Assembly: GCA_944331875.1 (NCBI GenBank) | Contig: CALVJA010000011.1 | Coordinates: 417-64,416, forward strand | DNA from: an uncultured Clostridia bacterium | GTDB lineage: Bacteria; Bacillota; Clostridia; Christensenellales; DTU072 | Length of the DNA stretch: 64,000 nucleotides | Direction of reading: 5' to 3' | Shown: positions 29,660-37,714 of the stretch, one piece after another | How positions within the stretch are numbered: the first letter of the stretch is position 1 | Layout of the letters: every line of letters begins with the position of its first letter | Notes under the pieces: generated by a model | Seen by the model: only the letters and a program-made list of their open reading frames with translations | Databases searched by the model: none | What the model was told of the DNA's origin: nothing | Made by a program: the position numbers and the translations under genes

Positions 29660-29756
29660 GTATCAGACTTTGATCAATTCTCTTGCCGAAAAACTCGAAA
29701 TAGTCGAACTTATCAAAGACGACATCGAGGAAATCAAGGAAATTATTAAGAAGTAA
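29553..29756 (+). CDS. BhlA/UviB family holin-like peptide
   Basis: MWEQIWETAINSGLWAMLFVALF...SKNRETKYQTLI..L; RBS AGGAGGT. Confidence 0.85.
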   Translation: MWEQIWETAINSGLWAMLFVALFAIQIRDSKNRETKYQTLINSLAEKLEIVELIKDDIEEIKEIIKK

Positions 29757-29801
29757 AATTTATTGCCCGATTTTATACCGATTCGAACAAGTGCTCATAT
29801 G

Positions 29802-29915
29802 GTTTTGAGGGGCAGATGCGCCCAAATTCTGCGCGTTGACCCGCTAGCACGTACCGCTGCGGGTACGAGCGTCGGGGACACCGCTTGCCTTTGAACGTAT
29901 CTGCCGCCTCAAAAC
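29802..29915. repeat. ~115-bp imperfect palindrome (REP-like)
   Basis: GTTTTGAGG-GGCAGATGCG...CGTATCTGCC-GCCTCAAAAC with inner CGTACC/GGTACG hairpin. Confidence 0.7.
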
Positions 29916-30013
29916 TCCAGGGCACTTCGGAAACAATGAAAAGTCATTGTTTCCGAAGCATATTCGACTTGTTCTCATCGGTATTGACTTCCTAATATGC
30001 TTATATTTTATTA

Positions 30014-30360
30014 GGGCGCGGACGGCGCATAGTTTCGCTATAGCGCCGCCCGCGTATTTCGTGCGATATGACGTTAGTTTGCGAACGCAAACCTGGCGCG
30101 AATGCGCTAAAATAGTCTGCAAATCGGCGCCAAGTATGCTGTTCGTGGCGACAAGATACACAGTGGGCTATATTCTCCTATAAGGGAAAACACTAACAAA
30201 AGCGAACTGCTGTTCATTGCTCTAAAGTAAAAAATAACAAGAGCCTATATTACGCCTACAGCCGTAGATTTTCGGGTGATTTTTCGCAAACACAAAGGCG
30301 GCATACGACGTATGTCGCCTTTGTGTTTGCGGAAAAGGAGCGAAAAGATACGGAAATTAA
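30014..30360 (+). repeat. Mosaic intergenic repeat block
   Basis: Direct homology to 14506-14803 and inverted homology to 11030-11207. Confidence 0.85.
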
Positions 30361-30464
30361 ATTTTATAGTCAATATATTGCTTTTCGATCTAATGACCGC
30401 AACAAAATCCGCGGGGGATAGATTGAGTGGATAAGATGTATTATTTGAATGTGCATATCTCTAA

Positions 30465-30614
30465 AAAATCTAGCGGATTTTATTTCACAAATTGAAACTT
30501 TGCCCGCGAAGTTTCAATTTATTTCGCAATTCCGCTTGCGGAATTATTTCACAATTTTGCGCAGCAAAATTATTTCACATTGACTTGAAGCCGATGATTC
30601 GGCTTCAAGTCAAT
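30465..30614. repeat. ATTTCAC-punctuated hairpin array, copy 2
   Basis: ATTTC(A/G)C at 30482, 30521, 30546 and 30572, each followed by an inverted repeat. Confidence 0.85.
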
Positions 30615-31545
30615 CATTCAAAAAGCCGTGCCTGTCGGTGTCGAATTCGGGGTTGGAGTCGGGTGCGGAAGCGACTAGGGCGGCGAAAGATTTGACGTAT
30701 GCCTCCGCATTCATACCGACGACTATAAACGCTATTTCAAGCAGCGATACGCCCACGAATATTCCTACGAATGTGTTGGTAAGTGCTGTCAGCAACGCTA
30801 CCATTGCCGCCGCGGCGGCGAATATCAAAAGGTTGGTGGCGATGAGCTGCAATATGTTTTTGAAGTTCACGACGCGTCGGAACTCCACTTTGCCGAGTCC
30901 GTGCACGATATACGCTTCCAAAAGCGAGATAAAACCGAACAGCAAAAGCGACACGGGCGTCGATATGAAAACGCTGGGCTGCCACAGCGACAACAGATAT
31001 ACCGAGCCCGCTACGAGCGAAGCGGTTATCAGCGAATCGGTCAGGGATATGAGAAGATATTTCCAAAAGGCGCGCCGCGCCATATTGCGGCGGATAAATA
31101 TTTTCAGCAGGAAGTATCCCAGCAAAAACCCGAGGAAGACAAATATCACGAGCGTAGAAAGGTACGAACCCATTGCGCCGGCGAAAACTCCCGCGGCGGC
31201 GCCGAGTTCCGAGGTATACGCTCCGACGTCGCCTACGAGCGCTCCGACGGCACGGGTGAGCGCCGCGGTCAGCCAGTCGTCCGAAAACATCGTCTGCACC
31301 GCCGTGACGGGGTCGCTCCACTCCAGTTCTCCCGCGGAATCGGTGACGGAACTCAGGAGCGCGTCCAAATCGATAGGGGTGCCCTCAAGTATCTCCGCCA
31401 CGGAATCGACGAGCACGCTTGCGGATGAGAGCGCGCCGGGGATGAGAACCGATAATCCGAATACGAGCCCCAGCGCCACCGTCCCCATCGGAACGAAGAT
31501 GTATTTGAGGTTCATGAAAAAGTTTTTTACGCCCTGTAATATCAT
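30610..31545 (-). CDS. Hypothetical polytopic membrane protein
   Basis: 311 aa with several TM helices; RBS-like AAAGGG. Confidence 0.7.
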   Translation of the reverse strand: MILQGVKNFFMNLKYIFVPMGTVALGLVFGLSVLIPGALSSASVLVDSVAEILEGTPIDLDALLSSVTDSAGELEWSDPVTAVQTMFSDDWLTAALTRAVGALVGDVGAYTSELGAAAGVFAGAMGSYLSTLVIFVFLGFLLGYFLLKIFIRRNMARRAFWKYLLISLTDSLITASLVAGSVYLLSLWQPSVFISTPVSLLLFGFISLLEAYIVHGLGKVEFRRVVNFKNILQLIATNLLIFAAAAAMVALLTALTNTFVGIFVGVSLLEIAFIVVGMNAEAYVKSFAALVASAPDSNPEFDTDRHGFLND

Positions 31546-31668
31546 TCAGCCGAACCCTTTCCGATACGTCGCGCGCACCGTATATTATTTAGATTATACA
31601 CATTTTATGAAAATAGTCAACGGCGCGGGCGGCTTCCCGGACAAAAAAGTGCGGGTCGGGACGAGCGT

Positions 31669-32418
31669 TCAGCTTCGGTGCGCGCTTTTTTCGCGCGCTA
31701 TGGACAAAAGCGCGAGCGAGAGCGGAAGAAGCGAAAACCACAGATAGCTTTCGACGGCAAACGCGCCTAACAAAAAGCAAAACGCGGTCAGAAGATAATA
31801 TTTTATTTTCGCGGGGTCCAGTATGATATCCGCGGCCTCCGAGGCGCTCAAACCTTCGAAACGGCGCTTTTTCTTTTTCTCGGGACGGACAGGGAGCGCG
31901 TTTCTGGTGTAAAGGTACTTGTGGACGCGTCTTTTTTCGGGGAAACGGAACTCGACGTTCAGAATGGCGGTAAGCTGTAATACATATCGGGTGCGGCGGC
32001 GGGTAAGGATATAAACTTCGTTCAGACCCTCTTTTACCGCGTACCTGTATGCTGCGGCTATGTCCTCGCGGGTGAGGTCCAAAAACTTGTACAGACAGGC
32101 TACGACTACGTTTTTTTTGCCGTCGGAGGCGATGAAATAGGGCGCTTCCGACTTTACGCGCCTGTCTTCGGGCAGCGTCAGGTATATTAGCTCCGTCTGC
32201 GCGTAGGCGCCTTTTAATGCCAAAAGATCGCACATCTCCTGGCAGGAGATCGTTTTCATGCGTCTGACTCCCGCCGCCTTCAACACCGCCGCGAGCATTA
32301 CGACCGATACCCCGGCGATCGCGAGGGAAATATCGTACGGCAAAAACTTTGCCGCGAGCAGAAATACCGCCGCCGCGAATATCAGCGAGGATACGACCTT
32401 GTCTATTACGGACGCCAT
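31669..32418 (-). CDS. Hypothetical membrane protein
   Basis: N- and C-terminal TM pairs flanking a soluble alpha/beta domain. Confidence 0.65.
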   Translation of the reverse strand: MASVIDKVVSSLIFAAAVFLLAAKFLPYDISLAIAGVSVVMLAAVLKAAGVRRMKTISCQEMCDLLALKGAYAQTELIYLTLPEDRRVKSEAPYFIASDGKKNVVVACLYKFLDLTREDIAAAYRYAVKEGLNEVYILTRRRTRYVLQLTAILNVEFRFPEKRRVHKYLYTRNALPVRPEKKKKRRFEGLSASEAADIILDPAKIKYYLLTAFCFLLGAFAVESYLWFSLLPLSLALLSIAREKSAHRS

Positions 32419-32489
32419 GCGTCGATTATTCCCCGAAAAGAGGCTCTTAAGCGTTTACATACGAAAAATATCGTTGTATAATCGAATAT

Positions 32490-33650
32490 ATGAAACTCGG
32501 TATCTTCGGGGGCACTTTCGACCCCGTGCACAGGGAACATCTTGCGGTGATAACCGCCGCGGCAAAGGCTTCCGGCGCGGACGAGATACTTCTTCTGCCC
32601 GCGCCGAATCCGCCGCACAAGTCGGGGCACATCACCGATTACTCCGTCAGGAAAAAGATGCTTTCGGCATTCGTTTCGGACGCCGCCGCGGCAGGCGTAA
32701 AAGCGCGGATAGACGAAACGGAAACGGAATTCTATCCCGAGCCGTCCTACGCGTACAAAACGCTGAACGCGCTCAGGGTAAAATACCCCTCGGACGAGCT
32801 GATATATATCATCGGCTCCGATTCGCTGTTCAAATTCGATACCTGGAAACACCCCGAACTTGTCGCGGCGGCGGCTCCGATATGCGTCGTGCCGCGCGGG
32901 AAAGCGGAGGGAGTTATAGAAAAATGCCGCGAATTGAACGCGAAGTATCCGGGGGCGCGCTTTTTCTCAACCGACGGGGCGACCGAGGGAATATCTTCGT
33001 CCGGGATACGGTTTTTGACGGAAACGGGGGACGCGGAGGCAACGAGAGCGCTTCTGACCCCGTCCGTATTCGAACTAATACAAAAAGAGGGACTTTACCG
33101 CGAGTATTCCGCTATAGTGGAAAAACTGAAAAGCGATATTCCCGCGGGACTGTTCAGACATTCGCTGAATACCGCCGAATGGGCGACGGAGCACGCATGG
33201 CTGGACGGCGTTCCTTTCGGCGAAGCGTTCGTCGCCGCTCTTCTCCACGACAACGCGAAACCTTATTCGCCGATGTACGGGGAGGAAAATTATCCATTGG
33301 GCACGGCGCGGCAGGTCACGCACCAATACGACGGCGCCATAAGGGCGCGGGAGGTGTATGGGATAACGGACGAAAACGTACTGAACGCGATAAAATACCA
33401 CACGACGGCGCGCCCCGATATGAGCGGCGTAGAAAAGCTCGTATATCTCGGGGACAAGCTGGAAAAAGGTAGGGACTACCCGGGTATCGATGAGCTTCGC
33501 GCCGCGGCGGCGGCAGATACCGATTCGGGCATGGCGGCTCTCCTCGGGCATACCGTCGGGTATCTGAAAGAGCGTTCTGAAACGCCGGATATATTGACTA
33601 ATGCGGCTTACGAGTGGTATAATTCCGAAAGGAGGCAAAATGGACGCTAA
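32490..33650 (+). CDS. nadD: Nicotinate-nucleotide adenylyltransferase fused to a YqeK-type HD domain
   Basis: GIFGGTFDPVH, PPHK, IIGSDS, ISSS; then HS..TA, LLHDNAK, HQYDGA, IKYHTT, YLGDKLE..R.YPG. Confidence 0.9.
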   Translation: MKLGIFGGTFDPVHREHLAVITAAAKASGADEILLLPAPNPPHKSGHITDYSVRKKMLSAFVSDAAAAGVKARIDETETEFYPEPSYAYKTLNALRVKYPSDELIYIIGSDSLFKFDTWKHPELVAAAAPICVVPRGKAEGVIEKCRELNAKYPGARFFSTDGATEGISSSGIRFLTETGDAEATRALLTPSVFELIQKEGLYREYSAIVEKLKSDIPAGLFRHSLNTAEWATEHAWLDGVPFGEAFVAALLHDNAKPYSPMYGEENYPLGTARQVTHQYDGAIRAREVYGITDENVLNAIKYHTTARPDMSGVEKLVYLGDKLEKGRDYPGIDELRAAAAADTDSGMAALLGHTVGYLKERSETPDILTNAAYEWYNSERRQNGR

Positions 33651-33993
33651 AACATTGACCGAAACGATAGTAAAAGTCATCGAAGACAAAAACGGCAGGG
33701 ACACCGTCGTTATGGAGCTTAAGCAGCCGGCGATAGCCGATTATTTCATCGTGACTACCGGGAAAAACTACAACCATGTGCGCGCGATAGCGGAGGACGT
33801 GGAAGAAAAACTGTACGAAGCGGGAGTCGCGCCCACCAGGAGCGAGGGCGTCAGAGAGGGCAGATGGGCGGTCATCGATTACGATTCCGTCATTGTGCAC
33901 GTTTTCGGCGCGGACGCGAGGGATTTTTACTGTCTCGAAAAACTTTGGGCAAACGGCGATAAGGAACGCGCAAGCGTCACCGAAGAAGGCTGA
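33640..33993 (+). CDS. rsfS: Ribosome silencing factor
   Basis: IADYFIVTTG, EG..EGRWAVIDYDSVIVHVF...RDFYCLEKLW. Confidence 0.95.
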   Translation: MDAKTLTETIVKVIEDKNGRDTVVMELKQPAIADYFIVTTGKNYNHVRAIAEDVEEKLYEAGVAPTRSEGVREGRWAVIDYDSVIVHVFGADARDFYCLEKLWANGDKERASVTEEG

Positions 33994-33994
33994 T

Positions 33995-34714
33995 ATGAAC
34001 GAAATCGAAATTCAAAAGACAGAGTCCGTTTCGGGCTCCGGGGCGCCCGGCGCCGAATCCGCTGCGGGTGCGGACAACAAAACGAAAGTGGTATTGAAAC
34101 CCGCGGGTCCGTTGGATCCCCCCGGCGAGCGCGGCAGAAAGACTTCGCCGCGCCGTCCCGTGACCAAGCGAAACGCCGTCGCGTACCTGACGAAGATAGG
34201 GATACTTGCGGCGCTCTCGACGGTATTGTATCTGTTTGCGCGCTTCCCGATATTCGCGGTATTCCCGTTCAACGTGCTGGACATGGATTTTTCCGAGATA
34301 CCCGCGCTTATCGGAGGGTTTGCATTGGGACCCGTCGCGGGAGTCGTCATCGAATTTATAAAATGCGCGATAAAGCTCTCCACTTCCAGCACGATGTTCG
34401 TGGGTGAGCTTTCGAATTTCATCGTGGGAGTCGCTCTGGTGCTCCCGGCGTCGCTTTATTACAAGTACCACAAGACGATGAAGGGAGCTCTCATCAGTCT
34501 CATCATCGGCATAGCGGTAAACGCGGCGGTGTCGGTATTCAACAACTATTTCATAACGGTGCCGCTTTATTCGGTGTTCTCGCCCGCCGTAATGGAAGTC
34601 AGGGTGGAATTCGCGTGCTACTACGGACTCGGGTTCAACGTCTTGAAATCCGTAGTCGCTTCGGCGGTCACGCTTCTCATATATAAGCGCCTTTCGCCGC
34701 TTCTGCACCTCTAA
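33995..34714 (+). CDS. ECF transporter S component (RibU-like)
   Basis: MDFSEIPALIGGFALGPVAG, VGELSNF and FNVLK motifs. Confidence 0.85.
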   Translation: MNEIEIQKTESVSGSGAPGAESAAGADNKTKVVLKPAGPLDPPGERGRKTSPRRPVTKRNAVAYLTKIGILAALSTVLYLFARFPIFAVFPFNVLDMDFSEIPALIGGFALGPVAGVVIEFIKCAIKLSTSSTMFVGELSNFIVGVALVLPASLYYKYHKTMKGALISLIIGIAVNAAVSVFNNYFITVPLYSVFSPAVMEVRVEFACYYGLGFNVLKSVVASAVTLLIYKRLSPLLHL

Positions 34715-34716
34715 AG

Positions 34717-35133
34717 ATGGAATATCTGTCGAACGGCGTAAAAGATACATATATGCTTGCCGAAAAGATAGCGGCTAAGCTTCGGGGCGGCGAAACGATA
34801 GTGCTCGAAGGCGGGCTCGGCGCGGGGAAGACGACTTTTACAAAGGGGCTCGCGGCGGCGCTCGGCGTAAAGCGCGAGGTGGTTTCGCCCACTTTCACGC
34901 TCGTCAGGGAGTACGAGGGGACGAAACTTAAGCTCAATCACTTCGACCTGTACCGTGTGGAGGCGGAGGAGCTTGAGGAGCTGGGGCTCGAGGAGTATTT
35001 TACGCCCGACGCGGTGACCGTCATCGAGTGGAACAAACCGGAAGTAGATATCCCGGGTAAAACAATCCGGATAGAAATAGAGCCGGCGGGCGAAAACACG
35101 CGCATTTTCAGGATAAATACGGAGGAGAGGTGA
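34717..35133 (+). CDS. tsaE: t6A biosynthesis ATPase
   Basis: LGAGKTTFTKG, SPTFTL, HFDLYR, VIEW. Confidence 0.95.
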   Translation: MEYLSNGVKDTYMLAEKIAAKLRGGETIVLEGGLGAGKTTFTKGLAAALGVKREVVSPTFTLVREYEGTKLKLNHFDLYRVEAEELEELGLEEYFTPDAVTVIEWNKPEVDIPGKTIRIEIEPAGENTRIFRINTEER

Positions 35134-35696
35134 ACTTTTTAATAATCGACTCCACTCAGCCAAAACTCATGATACTTCTCGGTGCGGACGGGGAGCGTTT
35201 TTCATACGTCGGAAACGAGGAGGCGAGGCGGCATGCGTCGATGATACTCGAAAAAACGGACGAACTATTGTCGGAAGCGGGACTAAGCGCAAAAGATATC
35301 GACGTATTCGGCGCGGTGACCGGTCCCGGGTCGTTTACCGGGATAAGGATAGGGGTCACCACCGTAAACGCGCTCGCAGCGGCGTGGGGAAAAAAGATAA
35401 TAGCCTTTTCGGGGCTTGAGACCATAGCGGAAGGGGACGACGTCGCGGCGCTCATGGACTGCAAAAACTCCAATTATTACGCGCTTATCCGCAGGGACGG
35501 TTCCGATGAGTTTTCGGCGGTAAACGAAAAAGATCTCGATTCGCCGCGTTTCGAGGGACTGAAAAGGGTATATTATACCGAACCCGACCCCGCAGGCGCC
35601 GAGCGCGTATTTTTTCTGAAACTCGAAAAGGGCGAATTTGCCGACATGGCGCGCCCGTTTTATATCAAAAAATCTTCCGCGGAGAACATGAAATGA
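35130..35696 (+). CDS. tsaB: t6A biosynthesis protein
   Basis: GPGSFTGIRIG motif. Confidence 0.93.
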   Translation: MNFLIIDSTQPKLMILLGADGERFSYVGNEEARRHASMILEKTDELLSEAGLSAKDIDVFGAVTGPGSFTGIRIGVTTVNALAAAWGKKIIAFSGLETIAEGDDVAALMDCKNSNYYALIRRDGSDEFSAVNEKDLDSPRFEGLKRVYYTEPDPAGAERVFFLKLEKGEFADMARPFYIKKSSAENMK

Positions 35697-36151
35697 GCTT
35701 TCGTATAGCCCCGTACGAACTTGACGATCTGCACGGCATAGCCGAGATAGAAAAGGAATGTTTCGATCATCCCTGGTCTTACGACAGTTTCTGCATGGAA
35801 TACGCCGACAAACGAAAACATTACTTTGTCGCGAAAAACGAAGAGGGCGCTCTGATGGGCTACGGCGGCTTCGCCGAAGTCGAGGACGAAGCGCATATCA
35901 TGAACGTAGCGGTCAGCGCACCGTACAGGCGCACGGGAGTCGGAAGCGCGATAATGGGCGCCATGATCGAAAAAGCGAAGGAATTAGGCTTAAACGCGAT
36001 AACTCTCGAGGTAGACGATTCGAACAGCGGCGCAAAAGCGCTCTACGAGAAGGCGGGTTTCAGGTCGGCGGGACTCAGACCCCATTATTACGGCTGGGAC
36101 CGCCCGGCGAATATTTATTGGCTTTATTTCGACGAAAAGAAGCTCGGTTGA
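35693..36151 (+). CDS. rimI: Ribosomal protein S18 alanine N-acetyltransferase
   Basis: PWS, NVAV...RRTGVG, TLEV..SN..A..LYEK.GF, R..YY. Confidence 0.9.
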   Translation: MSFRIAPYELDDLHGIAEIEKECFDHPWSYDSFCMEYADKRKHYFVAKNEEGALMGYGGFAEVEDEAHIMNVAVSAPYRRTGVGSAIMGAMIEKAKELGLNAITLEVDDSNSGAKALYEKAGFRSAGLRPHYYGWDRPANIYWLYFDEKKLG

Positions 36152-36208
36152 ATTAATTACGAAGGCGAAACTACGCCGCAACAACGAATACGCATAAGAG
36201 GAGGACTT

Positions 36209-36826
36209 ATGACCGAACAAGAGATCACCAAAAGGGCAAAAGATTACATCGATAAGCTGGCGAACGGGATAAACCCGCTGACGGACGAGGCGGTGAACGA
36301 GGACGATATCGTCAATAACGTCCGTATCGCAAGGTGCCTTTTCTATGTTTCCGGAATTTTGGAACAGGTCATCGAGAAGGGCGTCGGTAAAAAACGCGAG
36401 CGCGCCGCAAAAAGCAACAAACAGCCTTTTTCTGTCACCGACGAGCAGCTGAAAAATTTGGAATATTCCGATACGCCTATATCCGTTACGGCGTTCGTAC
36501 AACGCGTAAACCGTTTGATAGAAGATCCCGATATTCGCAGACTTTCATATAAAGACGTGCAGCACTGGCTCGTCAGCGAGGGAATATTGGAGCCTGCGGA
36601 CGGGCGGTACGGCAGCGCGAAATTGTGTCCCACCGAGTACGGCTCACAACTCGGGATGGAGATCGAGAAACGAACGGGACCGTACCACACATATTATTGC
36701 GTATTCTACGACCGCCGCGCGCAGGAATTCATCGCCGCGCACCTGAGCGATATCTCGAAGCATGCGGATGAGTTACGCCTAAACCCCGCAAAAGAGGTGA
36801 ACTACGACGGGGAACAAGAGGAGTAA
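36209..36826 (+). CDS. Hypothetical protein
   Basis: RBS GAGGAGG; KLANGINPLTDE motif and a winged-helix-like C-terminus. Confidence 0.75.
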   Translation: MTEQEITKRAKDYIDKLANGINPLTDEAVNEDDIVNNVRIARCLFYVSGILEQVIEKGVGKKRERAAKSNKQPFSVTDEQLKNLEYSDTPISVTAFVQRVNRLIEDPDIRRLSYKDVQHWLVSEGILEPADGRYGSAKLCPTEYGSQLGMEIEKRTGPYHTYYCVFYDRRAQEFIAAHLSDISKHADELRLNPAKEVNYDGEQEE

Positions 36827-36843
36827 CGCCCCGAATATTTCGA

Positions 36844-36872
36844 TTGATGAAACGCTTATGTTGTGGTATACT
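36844..36872 (+). promoter_or_regulatory. Sigma-A promoter of the VapD pair
   Basis: TTGATG-17-TATACT with extended TG. Confidence 0.6.
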
Positions 36873-36937
36873 GGAGGCGTAGGATAAAAAAGGGCGGCGT
36901 ATCTTTGCTTATGCCCGAATTGCGCGGAGGTAACAAC

Positions 36938-37273
36938 ATGATGAAAATGGAGATCGCGTTGGACGAGGAGAGGATACTCCGCGACGGCGTGTACGATTTG
37001 AAGAAGATCTGGAATAAAATAGACGAAAAGTTCCTCTCCGCATGCACGCGCGAAAGGCTTCCGGACGGCTCGGTGATGTATTCGGGCGAACCGAATAAGG
37101 ATTATTATACTGCGATAATGCTTGCGGTAATGTATCTGGAAGACAGAAAATGGTTCGCCGAATATTGCGGCAAATGGATTTGGTATGACAATGAGGACGA
37201 CGAAACGCTCCCGTACCACATAATAGACGTATTATCCAGACAGCGTACCGATAACCGGTTGTTTGCTTCGTAA
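36938..37273 (+). CDS. Putative antitoxin partner of VapD (possibly a degenerate VapD-like fold)
   Basis: Acidic 111-aa ORF abutting vapD (TAA-ATG); RBS GGAGGT. Confidence 0.6.
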   Translation: MMKMEIALDEERILRDGVYDLKKIWNKIDEKFLSACTRERLPDGSVMYSGEPNKDYYTAIMLAVMYLEDRKWFAEYCGKWIWYDNEDDETLPYHIIDVLSRQRTDNRLFAS

Positions 37274-37612
37274 ATGGAAAGGACAAAGCGTAAAGCCGTC
37301 AATTTTGATTTGGACACCGTTATCATGCGGCGACTGAAGCTGTATCCCGACGGATATAGAATGTTGAAAAACGCATTTAAGCGGCTCGGGTTCGAACATC
37401 GGCAGGGTTCCGGTTATATTTCCGGGGATAAATTGGACAGCATGCAGGTAGAGCGTGTTATCAAAGCGATTTTTACAGAGCTTCCGTGGGTCGCCGAATG
37501 CGTAAAAAAATTAGATGTTACCGATATCGGAAGACAGCACGATCTGACCGTGATAGCGCGCGCTTTCGGTCACGCTAATGACGATGACGTAGATATAATG
37601 GTTTCTACTTGA
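37274..37612 (+). CDS. vapD: VapD family (Cas2-like) endoribonuclease
   Basis: AVNFDLDT, GFEHRQGSGYIS, PWVAECVKKLDVTDIG. Confidence 0.85.
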   Translation: MERTKRKAVNFDLDTVIMRRLKLYPDGYRMLKNAFKRLGFEHRQGSGYISGDKLDSMQVERVIKAIFTELPWVAECVKKLDVTDIGRQHDLTVIARAFGHANDDDVDIMVST

Positions 37613-37658
37613 AAAACGCTTGATTTTTCCAAGTTAAAAATATACATAAGAACATCTC

Positions 37659-37681
37659 GCCCCGCTTTCGCGGGGTTTTTT
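37659..37681 (+). terminator. Intrinsic terminator
   Basis: GCCCCGC-tttc-GCGGGGT followed by a T run. Confidence 0.75.
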
Positions 37682-37714
37682 GTCGCCCAAAACCGATATG
37701 CCGCATATATTTGA

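Larger units (their letters stand above)
18968..29756 (+). mobile_element. Phage-derived head/packaging/short-tail/holin cluster lacking integrase and replication genes (GTA-like or domesticated prophage)
   Basis: Gene order regulator-terS-(SH3, antisense)-hyp-terL-portal-scaffold-MCP-adaptor-nozzle-coiled coil-Zn finger-holin; ORFs intact and tightly coupled. Confidence 0.8.

Noticed and set aside
18830-30014. Complete temperate prophage with att sites
   Set aside because: No integrase, repressor, replication module, tRNA target or flanking direct repeat found by eye.
15011-30614. ATTTCAC arrays and TIR repeats as CRISPR arrays
   Set aside because: The constant unit is only 7 bp, the spacers are self-complementary and uneven, and there are no cas genes.
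37274-37612. Cas2 call
   Set aside because: Motifs and two-gene context fit VapD; no cas1 or array nearby.
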